Positions 33,401 through 42,233 of a stretch of 64,000 nucleotides of DNA are shown here, piece after piece. Origin of the DNA: a virus; IMG/VR virus record IMGVR_UViG_3300016445_000001, one strand, 5' to 3'. A model generated the notes under the pieces. It had not been told where the DNA came from and ran no database searches. It worked only from the letters and a program-made list of their open reading frames with translations. Made by a program: the position numbers and the translations under genes. The first letter of the stretch is position 1, and each line of letters opens with the position of its first letter.

Positions 33401-34329
33401 CGCACAAACGGCTCGACCACGGTCATGGACTGCTGGAAGAACTTGCGCAGCGGGCCGAACAGGGACTCGACCATCGGGACGATCTGGCGCAGCGGCTTGG
33501 CCAGCATCGGCAGCAGGGAGCCGGTGAAGTTCTGCCAGTCGTTTTGCAGCCCGGTGATCGAGCGGAACACCGACGCGCCACCCGGCGCGGACCGCTGGGC
33601 GAACTGCATCGCGCCCTGCATCTGCCGCTGGGCCTGCTGGCGCTGCTGCGGGGTGACCGCCATCTGCATGGCGTTCTGTGCCTGCTGGTACGCCTGGAGC
33701 GCCGGCCCGAGGTTCTGGCTGATCGCCTGGCTGCCCAGGAACCCGGCACCCGCCAGCCCGGCCGCGCCGCCGCCCGCCACGCCGAGCACGCCGCCGAGCG
33801 CGGGCAGCAGGGAGCTGGCCGCTGCGCCGCCGCCGATCCACATCGCCGGGGTGGCCCCCATGCCCAGGAACCCAGGACCGGCCGCGCTGGCGGTCTGCCC
33901 GGCCGCCCCGGGAGCCGCGCCAGCGGCCCCGCCGCCTCCTCCTCCTCCGAACAGGCCGCCGATCATGCCGGGGATGCCCGCTGCCCCGCGCAGCATGCCG
34001 CTGCCGCCGAGCATGCCGGCCAGGACACCGCCGCGGCGGCGCACGTCGTTGGTGAGCTGCTCGTCCAGGCGGCGGTAGGAGTCGCGGATACGGCCGAACG
34101 CCGACTCGTCCACCCGCGGGGTGATCTTCACCTCGCGCTCGTGGGCTACCTCGTCCAGCTTGGCGTCAGCGGCGGCGACGTCGCCGGGCGGGACTTCCGG
34201 CTCGATCTTGGCGGTGCGTGTCTTGGCCGCAGCGTCACCGGCCGTGGAGGCAGCCTTGAGCTTACGGTAGAACTCGCTGTCCTCCAGGTCGAGGCGAGCG
34301 ACGATGGTGCCTGCGTCAAAGGCCATCAC
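30490..34329 (-). CDS. tape measure protein with NlpC/P60-like and lytic transglycosylase-like C-terminal domains
   Basis: 1279 aa with a central run of hydrophobic/helical repeats. YTWGGTSLSGDDCSGFV...GHVAI (NlpC/P60) and GWGLWQITPGN (SLT-like). Confidence 0.9.
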   Translation of the reverse strand: MMAFDAGTIVARLDLEDSEFYRKLKAASTAGDAAAKTRTAKIEPEVPPGDVAAADAKLDEVAHEREVKITPRVDESAFGRIRDSYRRLDEQLTNDVRRRGGVLAGMLGGSGMLRGAAGIPGMIGGLFGGGGGGGAAGAAPGAAGQTASAAGPGFLGMGATPAMWIGGGAAASSLLPALGGVLGVAGGGAAGLAGAGFLGSQAISQNLGPALQAYQQAQNAMQMAVTPQQRQQAQRQMQGAMQFAQRSAPGGASVFRSITGLQNDWQNFTGSLLPMLAKPLRQIVPMVESLFGPLRKFFQQSMTVVEPFVRALTGGIRAILPLLGNLARISGPGFAQLTTGLLLLVKNILPGLTTITKASLPFMHEFAGILGGLGQSIGRFFAVMAPAVGPSMTVLKALFQALGGILVLLGRVGAIMARALAPVIVAFAQTIKILEPPLLLVGKILAELAGAILQDLMSMLIPVAHLIADLAPTFGALAKVLASVFNVLENSGTIWNVFADALESLARPLANLINALVTQLAPFIPPLMRMIGALADGAVMILVRVVSALVPPLVKVTEALLPPLLKIVQQLVPVINVLAQMFAAGLATALVAILDALAPLVVLLAKLIGWVVGVVAAVVTWMAHFHLLIPVLIAVAAAIDPVGTAVLGLIAVIGFLSTHWHQVWNDIKSWTMDAWNFLTHGWGQWLVPGLTLIRLAVEFVRDHWKQAWDDITGAAQAAWNFIDNNIVQPMEQVFTQDLPNAFGTAVRWIGQHWQDIENVVASPVKFVIDHVLDGLISAFDWITSKLGLGRPIGAVHPMGLARGGRLPGYGGGDRHPALLESGETVVSKEHSGMLADVFRAVGVPGYQAGGRFGALDPSARYAQRPAHNVGQHGPGLLGGIGHFFSGLWHKAEDVGKITAAVATGNTAALTNAIMNMLGTNLVGGATAEMAQMLMGMGKTAVADAVKWLIGHGGMGADGNAIVKFAMSYLGKIPYTWGGTSLSGDDCSGFVEDVYNHFGIHPPRTSEAQYAWAKRSGPVPGGLAFYVSAGGGPPPGHVAIIRTPTQVISQGGPEGVKGPTLMPLHGMPLMGTGIPPGGLGGVGLGPQNLRQIEGYWMQAGGPGGMVAHIAAAITGAEAGFRPGAIQQGQPYATTGWGLWQITPGNSEPQFGINQALLNPLNNARAAVAKWRAAGGFSPWTTYTSGAYQRFMDSGGWLLPGLNVNANATGRPEAVLNPVQSSAFVAMAEAAHQLSKQGGGGHSLLRDVHLTLPEGTTVTQALQELSWMLRVSRQQAYTGVS

Positions 34330-35059
34330 TCACCTCCCCGCTGCCGCTGTGCGTCCAGCTCGGCGCGCATCGCGCCCAGGTCGATCACGTCCGCTCCAGC
34401 AGCGGCTGTCCGCTGCTGCGGGCCGCCCGCGCTCGCGGCGGGGAACTCGCCCTCCTCCGGGCGGCTGATCGTGCCGTCCTGCTCCAGCCCGTCCAGGTAG
34501 GCGCGCTGGAGATCCCATCCCAGGTCGTCCCACTCATCGCGGCTGAGGTTGAAGTACCGGCGAGCGAGGTACAGCTCTACCCGGCGCGAGCGGACGGCAG
34601 CGTGATCACTGCCTCCGTCCCAGCGCCGGTCCCGGCTTCCGGGTTGACCACCTCCTGCTGGAGCCAGGCGTAAAACTTCACGCGCACGCGCATCGGCAGC
34701 AGCAGGAGCTGCGCCTTGGTCGGGTGGCCACCGCACAGCCCGGCGAACAGCTCCGCGGTGCCAGCCATGAACTCCACGAACTTGTCCCCGGTCAGCCCCG
34801 ACACGGCCTCCAGCATCTGCTCGGCGGTGACGTCGCCGCCGTCGGTGGGCAGCCCGGACTTCTGCGCCTCCTGGTAGAGGTTCTTGAGCCCGTCTAGGAA
34901 CGCGCCGATCGCCGCGTCCGACGGCTCGGTGATGACGCCCTTGGCGCTGTATAGCTCCTTGGGCCATCCGGGCACTCTCTTGTTGCCCTCACCAGGCAAC
35001 TTGCCGGTGAAATCCCAGTCGAGAGACTCAACAACTGCGCTGGCATCAAAGGCGGGCAT
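34326..35059 (-). CDS. tail assembly chaperone, predicted -1 frameshift product (G-T type)
   Basis: The -1 frame (ORF 34326..34967) stays open across the end of the G ORF and ends overlapping the tape measure start. Slippery heptamer not confidently identified. Confidence 0.5.
34577..35059 (-). CDS. tail assembly chaperone (G-type)
   Basis: 160 aa between the major tail and tape measure genes. Confidence 0.7.
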   Translation of the reverse strand: MPAFDASAVVESLDWDFTGKLPGEGNKRVPGWPKELYSAKGVITEPSDAAIGAFLDGLKNLYQEAQKSGLPTDGGDVTAEQMLEAVSGLTGDKFVEFMAGTAELFAGLCGGHPTKAQLLLLPMRVRVKFYAWLQQEVVNPEAGTGAGTEAVITLPSARAG

Positions 35060-35071
35060 GCGCGGCTCCTA

Positions 35072-35680
35072 CTAGCTGGTGGCGACGGCGGTCAGGTCGG
35101 TCCAACTGATCTGGTTGAACGGGCACGTGGCGTTGAGGGTGAGCGGGTACAGCCGCTGCTGCGCGGCGCGGCGGTAGGCGGTCTGCACCTGGCCGGCGGC
35201 CATCACCTGCGGGATGGACAGCACCCGGGCGTAGCCCTGCTGATTGCGGCCGATCACCGCGCAGGCCATCGAGGCAAAGTTGGTGGAGAGCGTCAGCACC
35301 GACTTGCCTGGCTGGCCCGCGCCGGCCGGGGTGACGGCGATCGAGCCGCCGTTGCCCCACGCCATGTTGACGTTGGTCAGCGTCTCCTCCGACAGCGAGC
35401 ACGTGACCTGGAGCGTGGCCGTGTTGACGATCACAGCAACGGGGGTCGGCTGCTCCTCGATGTTCAGATCCTGCGTGCTCGGGTTGAAGGTGACCGTCAG
35501 GCCCGCCTCGGTCGCGCCCACGTATGCCCAGCCCAGCCCGGTCCAGGCAGACGCAACCCCGAGGTTCTGGTCTGACGGCACAGTGGTGCCAGGGATGGCC
35601 GTGAACAGGATGCCCACGCCGTAGAGCACGTTCTGTGTGGTGTAGTTCGGCGGGGTGTAGACAAGCGGCGGACCGGCCAT
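35072..35680 (-). CDS. major tail protein
   Basis: 202 aa directly upstream of the chaperone pair. Composition typical of siphovirus tube proteins. Confidence 0.7.
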   Translation of the reverse strand: MAGPPLVYTPPNYTTQNVLYGVGILFTAIPGTTVPSDQNLGVASAWTGLGWAYVGATEAGLTVTFNPSTQDLNIEEQPTPVAVIVNTATLQVTCSLSEETLTNVNMAWGNGGSIAVTPAGAGQPGKSVLTLSTNFASMACAVIGRNQQGYARVLSIPQVMAAGQVQTAYRRAAQQRLYPLTLNATCPFNQISWTDLTAVATS

Positions 35681-35681
35681 C

Positions 35682-36041
35682 TCAGCTCTCGCTCTCCTGC
35701 TGCGTTAGGGTGACGCCCGCCTCGGCGGCAGCCTGCACAATCGCGGGCACTATCGAGGCGGGCACCGTGGTGGGGTCGGTGGTGACCGTGACGCCGCCGT
35801 AGGTGAACGCGGCATGCGGCTCCTCCACCGTCATCTGCACCGCCCCGGCTGCAACCGCGGCGGCATCGCGGGCGGCGACCAGCTCGCCGAGCTGCACCTG
35901 CTGGTCGGTGGTGAGCCCTGTCTTGCCCGCTACGCGGGGCTCCTCCTGAGCCGGCGCAGCAGGAGGCGGGGCCTGCTGCTGTGCTGCTGGCGCGGGCGCG
36001 GCTGGCGGCGCTGCTGCCGCTGCCGCTGGCTGCTCAGTCAT
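35682..36041 (-). CDS. hypothetical structural-region protein (Ala/Pro-rich N-terminus)
   Basis: 119-aa ORF in the head-tail joining block. Confidence 0.55.
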   Translation of the reverse strand: MTEQPAAAAAAPPAAPAPAAQQQAPPPAAPAQEEPRVAGKTGLTTDQQVQLGELVAARDAAAVAAGAVQMTVEEPHAAFTYGGVTVTTDPTTVPASIVPAIVQAAAEAGVTLTQQESES

Positions 36042-36049
36042 CGGTCCTC

Positions 36050-36538
36050 CTACGGGGCGACGGGGATCAGGGAGTAGGCCCGCAGCGCGAGCGTCGTGGT
36101 GGTGGTGAAGTCCACAACCACGCAGCCCTGCGCGGACTGGGTGAGTGCCTGGGTGTTGACCGCCCCGGCGTAGGTGATCTGCGTGGGGGCCTGCTGGTTA
36201 AAGGTCGCCGGGGACCACGGGCCGAGCCAGCCCGAGGTGTTGGCGGCGATCGAGCCCGTCTCGGTGGTCGCCGGAAGCACCTGGTTGATCGAGCCCACCA
36301 GGTCGCCGACCAGGGCCTGCCACACGCCGGCCGCGGTCGCGCCGCAGGCAAAGGCGAGGATCACGCTGCCGGGGGTCGGGTTGGGGATCTGCACGCCGCC
36401 CTGGCCGGACCAGGCGGTGATCGCGCTCGGTGAGCCCAGGTCGTAGCCCGGCGAGGCGGCGGTCACCCACAGCCCACCGGACAGCGCCGCAAGGTTGAGG
36501 GGGATCGGCTGGAGGGTGACCCGTGGTCCGACTGGCAT
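36050..36538 (-). CDS. hypothetical structural-region protein
   Basis: 162-aa ORF in the head-tail joining block. Confidence 0.55.
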   Translation of the reverse strand: MPVGPRVTLQPIPLNLAALSGGLWVTAASPGYDLGSPSAITAWSGQGGVQIPNPTPGSVILAFACGATAAGVWQALVGDLVGSINQVLPATTETGSIAANTSGWLGPWSPATFNQQAPTQITYAGAVNTQALTQSAQGCVVVDFTTTTTLALRAYSLIPVAP

Positions 36539-36539
36539 G

Positions 36540-36950
36540 TCAGGCTCCCGTCACGAGGACGTAGTTGCAGGTGAACTCGGTGCGGCGGTCGGCCGGGTCG
36601 AACGGCAGCGGGGACGGGCCACTGCCCGACCGGTTGGCGGCCAGCAGCCACACGCCGTCTACCTGCACCGGGAACAGCGCGCGGGTGATCAGCCGGTCCA
36701 TGAGCTGGGCCTGCTCCTCGGCCTCCAGCGGGGAGTCAGCCGGGCCGCGCACCCGGATCTGGAATGCGGAGGCGTCGGAGGCGGGCTCCTCGGTGGTGAA
36801 CCCGGGGCCACCGCCACCGGTGATGATCACGGCGCGCTCGGGCTCGTCCGGCACGTAGGGACCGGGGAACACCGGGTAACCCAGCTCCTGCCGGGTGTCC
36901 CAGCCCTGCTCGGACAGCCAGTCGATAACCACCTGGGTGAGCGCGGTCAT
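36540..36950 (-). CDS. tail terminator / neck protein candidate
   Basis: 136 aa. Called from position and size. Pattern ...AVIITGGGG...FQIRVRG... is typical of neck proteins. Confidence 0.45.
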   Translation of the reverse strand: MTALTQVVIDWLSEQGWDTRQELGYPVFPGPYVPDEPERAVIITGGGGPGFTTEEPASDASAFQIRVRGPADSPLEAEEQAQLMDRLITRALFPVQVDGVWLLAANRSGSGPSPLPFDPADRRTEFTCNYVLVTGA

Positions 36951-37468
36951 GCGCGCCTCGCCGGTGGCAGGCCCATCCGGCCGCGGACGGTGTTGTGCCA
37001 GTAGATCCAGCCCTTGAGGTTCTGCATGCCCGGCCGGTCCAGCCGCAGCGCGGCCTTGACGCGCAGCTCGGCCTGGGTGAGCCGGTGCCGCTTGGGCGGC
37101 CGGTCGTAGACCAGCTCGCTACCGCGGCGCACCTCGGGGTGCCCGGAGTGCATCAGGTCGCCGAACTCCCACGGCGCGGCCAGCTCGGCCGCGTCGGACA
37201 GGTGCTCCATCGACCGCTCCATCTCGCGCTGGCCGCCGTCATCGAGGACGGTGTGCGCGATCACCGTGAGGTAGTCCCGGTAGTGGTCGAACAGCGGGCG
37301 CTCCAGGTACTTGGGGCCGCCGCCGCGCGGGTGGTGCAGGTCCAGCCGCTCGTGCTGGTAGTGGGCGTAGACCTGATCGACCGTCACGCTGCCGTGCAGG
37401 CCGCCCTTGCCCGCGCCGGTGCGGTGGATCAGCTCCTCGATCCGGTCGTGGAAGGTCGAGACAGGCAT
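36947..37468 (-). CDS. head-tail adaptor candidate
   Basis: 173 aa with overlapping starts and stops in the connector block. Confidence 0.4.
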   Translation of the reverse strand: MPVSTFHDRIEELIHRTGAGKGGLHGSVTVDQVYAHYQHERLDLHHPRGGGPKYLERPLFDHYRDYLTVIAHTVLDDGGQREMERSMEHLSDAAELAAPWEFGDLMHSGHPEVRRGSELVYDRPPKRHRLTQAELRVKAALRLDRPGMQNLKGWIYWHNTVRGRMGLPPARRA

Positions 37469-38013
37469 CAGTACGGCCCCCAGTCATCGAGCAGCCGGGA
37501 GCGGCCGAGCATGTCGGGCGGGGTGCTCGGCATCAGGTAGCCGGTGGAGGGGTCGTAGCGGGTGTTGCTGTCGTCGGGGGTGAAGATGTTGGGAATCTGG
37601 TTGATCACCCTGGCAGCGGGGGCCAGCTCCTCCTCGGCTCCGACGGTGCCGGGCGCGGCGAAGTCCACGCTGATCACGCCCTGGCGGATGTCATCGAGCA
37701 CCTTGGTCGCCGCGGTGTACCGCAAGACGATCGGGTGGTTCGGCCCCATCTCCTTCTGCTTGCTGTAGTAGGTGGTCGCCCACCAGGCAGCCAGGTCCAG
37801 GGTCAGGTCCGCGATCATCGGCGGGAACGTGTCCGCGCTCGGGTCGTACACCTCGCCGGTGTAGGCGGTCACCCGGCCGGTCGCCGCGCGCAGCGCCAGG
37901 CCGAGCTGCTCGTCCGAGAGCTGGGCAGCGGTGCCCGTGCCGGCGTCGGTGCTGTCGAGCACCAGGCGCAGGTCATCGGTGGTCGCGTAGTAGACCGCTG
38001 CCGGGGTGGTCAA
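37468..38013 (-). CDS. head-tail connector (gp6-like) candidate
   Basis: 181 aa. N-terminal YATTDDLRLVL...EQLGLALRAATGRVTAYTG resembles gp6-like connector proteins. Confidence 0.5.
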   Translation of the reverse strand: MTTPAAVYYATTDDLRLVLDSTDAGTGTAAQLSDEQLGLALRAATGRVTAYTGEVYDPSADTFPPMIADLTLDLAAWWATTYYSKQKEMGPNHPIVLRYTAATKVLDDIRQGVISVDFAAPGTVGAEEELAPAARVINQIPNIFTPDDSNTRYDPSTGYLMPSTPPDMLGRSRLLDDWGPY

Positions 38014-38210
38014 ACGTCCTCCTCCACGGGCTCCACGTCCTCCGAGCCGCCGATCATCTGGCTGGCGAGGGGCTCCAGCGCGGCACCGTAGGCGGCCTCC
38101 AGCGCCGAGCCCGCGGGGACGTCCACGACGGTGCCGGCGGGCACGTGGGTGACCACGCCGTCCCAGGACACGTTGACGTCCTGGGTGACCATCCGCGGGT
38201 TTGCAGCCAT
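38010..38210 (-). CDS. hypothetical small protein
   Basis: 66-aa ORF. Confidence 0.5.
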   Translation of the reverse strand: MAANPRMVTQDVNVSWDGVVTHVPAGTVVDVPAGSALEAAYGAALEPLASQMIGGSEDVEPVEEDV

Positions 38211-38219
38211 GCCGGCCTC

Positions 38220-38492
38220 CTAGTTGTGCAGGCCGGCGTGGCCCACCGTGTCCTGCCCGTCCACGAACGGGCGCAGGTTGCCGGCCCCGATCAGCGCGTA
38301 CAGCGGGCCAGCCGGGTCGAGCATGATCACCTGGTTGGGGATCAGGGTGATCGGCATCAGCGGGCCACCCGTGGTAGGTGCGGACCCGAACCCGGCCGCG
38401 CCGCCCGTGCCGGGCTCGCCCGCCACGACGGTCGCCGCAGCACCAGGCGGCACTACCACCTGGGTGGTCACCACGTAGCGGTTGAGGGCCAT
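38220..38492 (-). CDS. hypothetical protein
   Basis: ATG 38492 at a TGATCATG junction with the upstream stop. 90 aa. Confidence 0.5.
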   Translation of the reverse strand: MALNRYVVTTQVVVPPGAAATVVAGEPGTGGAAGFGSAPTTGGPLMPITLIPNQVIMLDPAGPLYALIGAGNLRPFVDGQDTVGHAGLHN

Positions 38493-38494
38493 GA

Positions 38495-38905
38495 TCAGAA
38501 TCCGTAGGGTGCGGCGGGCAGGATGACGTCGCCCGCGTAGGTGGGGTTGATGGCGAGCTGGCCGAACGTCGCGCCGGTCAGGTGGCCGCGGACGGCGGCG
38601 CTGACCGGGATCGAGGTGGCCGAGCCGGTGGCCGTGACGGTCAGCACCTCGGTGAGCTGGCCGGTGTCGTAGAGGACCAGCATCCCCGCGGTGAAGCTCG
38701 CGCCGCCCGACGCCACGGTGATCGCTGTCCCGCCCGCTGCCAGCGCGCCGCTCGCGGTGCCGGTGGGGGCCACCGGGGACAGCGTGTAGTACCACTCGCA
38801 CGCCGAGCAGCGGTAGCTGGTCGCGCCGTCGATCGCCACGAACCGCCGCGGCAGGTGGCAGCGCGGGCAGGTCAGTATGAGCGCCTGCGGGACGGCGACG
38901 GCCAT
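38495..38905 (-). CDS. hypothetical protein with N-terminal zinc-ribbon-like motif
   Basis: CPRC...x16...CSAC at the N-terminus. 136 aa. Confidence 0.5.
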   Translation of the reverse strand: MAVAVPQALILTCPRCHLPRRFVAIDGATSYRCSACEWYYTLSPVAPTGTASGALAAGGTAITVASGGASFTAGMLVLYDTGQLTEVLTVTATGSATSIPVSAAVRGHLTGATFGQLAINPTYAGDVILPAAPYGF

Positions 38906-38908
38906 TGG

Positions 38909-39361
38909 TTACCTCGCTCCTGCTCGTGCAGGCGCACGTGCAGCACGGGCAGCGCGCGGCGGGATGTCCTCCGCGTCCACCTCGGCGGGCACGCCCTGCC
39001 CGGCTGTCTCGTCACCGGGCGCGGGCTCGTTCGCCTCGGGCGGCTCCAGCACCTGGACGGTGGAGCTGCCGGGCGGGTCCGGCCGTGCGCCCTGCGGCGG
39101 GCCTGGCCTGCCGATCACCTGGCCGGTGCGCGGGTTGACCGCGATGCCGAACAGTTGCTTGGGGTGGACGCGCGGCAGCGGGTCGCCGGACTCCTTGGCC
39201 GGGCGGATCATCGCCATCGCCCGGCGTGGCGGCCGGAACAGGTCGGCGGTGTCATCGTCCAGCTCGACCGTTTCGCCGGCCATCACCAGGTCGCACTCCT
39301 TGTTGGCGTCACCCTTGCGGGGCACCGAGAGGTTGACCACTGCCTGGTAGAGAGACATCAC
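38909..39361 (-). CDS. hypothetical protein
   Basis: 150-aa ORF downstream of the capsid gene, overlapping its stop. Confidence 0.5.
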   Translation of the reverse strand: MMSLYQAVVNLSVPRKGDANKECDLVMAGETVELDDDTADLFRPPRRAMAMIRPAKESGDPLPRVHPKQLFGIAVNPRTGQVIGRPGPPQGARPDPPGSSTVQVLEPPEANEPAPGDETAGQGVPAEVDAEDIPPRAARAARAPARAGAR

Positions 39362-40269
39362 ACCCCCGACAGCAGGACGATCGCCAGGGGCTGGTCCAGC
39401 CCGAGGGCGGCTGCCCGCTGAGTGTCGGACCGGAACGTCTTGCGGGGCTCGTCCCGGTAGAGGGGGCCTGCCATGAACGGCAGCTCGTCCGCGTAGAACC
39501 CGCAGCGGTTGCGCTGCATGACGATCGCGTTGCCCGCGGGGATCTGGCGGCTGACCATCACATCGAGGGTGAGGATCTTCTGCGGGAGCGTGCCGGTGTA
39601 GAGCAGGTTCTCGCTGGCGATGTCACCCACGTAGGGAGCCGCGAACGTGTTGCTTTGCAGCAGCGTGTTCTTGGTCCCGTGGTTGATGATCAAGGTGTCG
39701 GCCTCAAAGCCGAGCCACTGCGTCAGCCCCGACGGGGAGAACGTGGCGGCGTTCTCCACCAGGTAGCACGCCTGTGCCAGGTCGGCCCGGATCGTCGCGC
39801 CCGCGCTCGCCCAGGTGTTGGCGACGGCGAGGGTCTGGATCGAGGCGTTGGCCACCACCGCGCTGTAAAAGGCGGTGTTCCACGAGTAGACCATCGTGTT
39901 CTTGACCTGGAGGAGCTGCCTCGTCACCGGGTCGATGGTCTGCCGGCGGCGCATCTCGTCCGACACCATGATCGCCATCGCGCGCTCGTGGCTGAACACC
40001 ACGCGCGGGATGCCGATGGACGTCGGCACGATCGGCACCTCGGCGAACTCGGCGCGGATCTCGGGGAAGTCATCGGCGTAGAGCGGAGTGGATTCGGCGT
40101 ACCGGACCGCGCCGCTCGGGGTGTTCCCGCCATCGCGCAGCACAGAGTCGATCACGAACTCGTTCTGCGTGATGTCGAGAATGAGCTGCGGAATGACCAG
40201 CGGGTCTTTCAGCAGCTCGTTGACGGTAACTCTCGGGCCATCGCTGTACCCGCGTGCGGCGACCGGCAT
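39358..40269 (-). CDS. major capsid protein
   Basis: 303 aa behind GAGGAGCTGA. Lies after the protease/scaffold and decoration genes. Length and composition fit an HK97-fold capsid protein. Confidence 0.75.
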   Translation of the reverse strand: MPVAARGYSDGPRVTVNELLKDPLVIPQLILDITQNEFVIDSVLRDGGNTPSGAVRYAESTPLYADDFPEIRAEFAEVPIVPTSIGIPRVVFSHERAMAIMVSDEMRRRQTIDPVTRQLLQVKNTMVYSWNTAFYSAVVANASIQTLAVANTWASAGATIRADLAQACYLVENAATFSPSGLTQWLGFEADTLIINHGTKNTLLQSNTFAAPYVGDIASENLLYTGTLPQKILTLDVMVSRQIPAGNAIVMQRNRCGFYADELPFMAGPLYRDEPRKTFRSDTQRAAALGLDQPLAIVLLSGV

Positions 40270-40282
40270 CGGTCAGCTCCTC

Positions 40283-40777
40283 TCAGAAGATCCTGGCCCG
40301 GCCCAGGAAGAACGACGATGCTCCGATGCCGCCGATCGGCTGGGTGAGCTGGCCGGCAGCCACGCCTCCGGGGTGTGTGCAGCGGCCGATAACCTGGCCG
40401 AACGTGCCCGCGCCGACCGTGACCACGGTGCCGTTGGCCCCGGCGATCAGCAGCGTGCCCGGGACCACCGCGCCGGCGTACCAGACCCAAATGTCAACGG
40501 GGCCGTGGTAGACGGCGGTGAAGTCATCGAGCACCGAGATGTCAAGCTGCGGCTCGCCGTAGGTGTTGGTTGGCGGCGGGATCTGGCTGGCCAGCACGTT
40601 GGCGTCCTTGGCCGCCACGCCCAGCACGTTGCTCGACCCAGCCGCGCAGGGCTTCACCGTCAAGTCGGTGGTGCCTGCGGTCTGCGTCGTGTTCTCGACA
40701 AGCTGGCCGCCGAAAGTCAGCGCGCTGACCTGGTAGCTAGCCGGTCCCTGCTTGTAGTGCGGGAGAACCGCGGTCAC
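40283..40777 (-). CDS. head decoration protein candidate (DUF2190-like)
   Basis: 164 aa. Pattern NVLGVAAKDA...GAVVPGTLLIAGANGTVV...GQVIGRC resembles DUF2190 capsid-cement proteins. Confidence 0.5.
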   Translation of the reverse strand: MTAVLPHYKQGPASYQVSALTFGGQLVENTTQTAGTTDLTVKPCAAGSSNVLGVAAKDANVLASQIPPPTNTYGEPQLDISVLDDFTAVYHGPVDIWVWYAGAVVPGTLLIAGANGTVVTVGAGTFGQVIGRCTHPGGVAAGQLTQPIGGIGASSFFLGRARIF

Positions 40778-40788
40778 GGCTGAACCTC

Positions 40789-40989
40789 CTAGTTGCTGTT
40801 GGTCACGGCGGTTGCCTCGCCGAGGGTGTCTCGGAACGCGGTCACCCGGGCGGTGCCACCCGCCGTGGTGACCGCGCTCAGCTCAGCGGCGGACAGCTCG
40901 ACCACCGTCCCGGCGACCAGGGTGCGGGCCGGGTTGGGGCCGGACGCGGGGATGGTCACCGTCTTGGTGATCACCTGGCGGGCCATCAC
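40789..40989 (-). CDS. hypothetical small protein
   Basis: 66-aa ORF. Confidence 0.45.
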   Translation of the reverse strand: MMARQVITKTVTIPASGPNPARTLVAGTVVELSAAELSAVTTAGGTARVTAFRDTLGEATAVTNSN

Positions 40990-42233
40990 TGGGTCCTGAT
41001 CTGGAACAGTTGCGCCCTGGCCCGCCGCAGCACGTCGTTGCGGGCCTCCTCGGCGGCGGTGTCACCCTCGGGCTCGTCCATCTCCGAGCCCAGCTCCACG
41101 CCGATGCCGAGCTGCTGGCCGAGCTTCTGGTACTCGGCGAGGATGCGGCGGACGATCTGCCCGGCGTCCACGCTCTTGCCGTTGGCCAGGTCCACCACGT
41201 GGCCTGCGCCCTCCAGCAGCGGCTGCGCCAGGTCGGCGATGAACGGCGGGGTGCCCGCGCCGACCAGCTTGCGGCGCTCGTTCTGCCACCGCTCGTTGTC
41301 GAGCTGGGCGGTGATGATGCCGAGCTGCCGGGCGTTCTCGTCCACGCCGGCCTGGGCCAGCTCGATCGCCATCGCGGTGCCGTCGGCCGGGTTGGACAGG
41401 CCCGCTCCTGCTGTAGCGGGGGCTCCCTGCTGTTGCTGGCCGCCCTCCTGCGCGTCCAGCTCGGCCTCCAGCGCGGCCAGATCCTCGTCAGACATGGCGT
41501 CAATCGCGGCGGCGATCTGGTCCAGCTCGGCGTCCTCGTCACCGGCCGGCGGGGCCGGGGGCGTAGCCGGGTCGCCGTTCAGCGCGCCCGCCGCACCTTG
41601 GGTGATCCCGGTGCCGCCGCCCGCCTCCAGCAGCGCGGCCAGCTTGTCCGGGTCAAGATCGAGCAGCTTGGCCAGCTTGTCCTGCTGGTCTGCGGTCAGC
41701 TCTGGCATGACATCTCCTGTGAATTGGGCACCGGACAGGTCGAAAGTGATCGACACGTCATTGGCTGCGGCGACGGCTTCCCAGCCGCCCATGCCGGGGA
41801 TTCGGGGGTCGAGCGTGCAGAGCACGTGCTGCACCGCGCGGGGGAAGAACTTGCCGTCGGACCGGTCGAACTGCTCCACGATCCGGGCGGATACGCCGAC
41901 GCCGGGGTTATCCTCCAGCACCGCCTGCCCCCTGCTGGTGGGCACCACCTCGATGTAGAGCCCGTCATCGCCGAGGGTCATGTCTGTGATCTGGCCCCCG
42001 GTGCGCTCCACGTCGTTGGTGTGCTTGTTGTCCGCACCGGCGAGCTGGAATGGCACCTGGTCGTAGGCGCTGGCCTTGAAGCTGTTCACCAGGTCGGCCA
42101 GGTAGCCGCGGGTGAACTTGAGCACCCGGCCCTGGTAGTTGATCTCCCCGATGGGCAGCAGCCGCTTCCGCCACCGGCCGCCGGCCTGCTTGGCCTTGGC
42201 CCCGGTGAACGGGGTGAGGACTGCGATGCTCAC
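40986..42233 (-). CDS. capsid maturation protease / scaffolding protein (Mu protein I-like) candidate
   Basis: 415 aa. N-terminal LLPIGEINYQGRVLKFTRGYLADLVNSF...VPFQLAGADNKH resembles Mu-I-type proteases. Acidic coiled-coil C-terminal half is typical of scaffolds. Confidence 0.55.
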   Translation of the reverse strand: MSIAVLTPFTGAKAKQAGGRWRKRLLPIGEINYQGRVLKFTRGYLADLVNSFKASAYDQVPFQLAGADNKHTNDVERTGGQITDMTLGDDGLYIEVVPTSRGQAVLEDNPGVGVSARIVEQFDRSDGKFFPRAVQHVLCTLDPRIPGMGGWEAVAAANDVSITFDLSGAQFTGDVMPELTADQQDKLAKLLDLDPDKLAALLEAGGGTGITQGAAGALNGDPATPPAPPAGDEDAELDQIAAAIDAMSDEDLAALEAELDAQEGGQQQQGAPATAGAGLSNPADGTAMAIELAQAGVDENARQLGIITAQLDNERWQNERRKLVGAGTPPFIADLAQPLLEGAGHVVDLANGKSVDAGQIVRRILAEYQKLGQQLGIGVELGSEMDEPEGDTAAEEARNDVLRRARAQLFQIRTQ

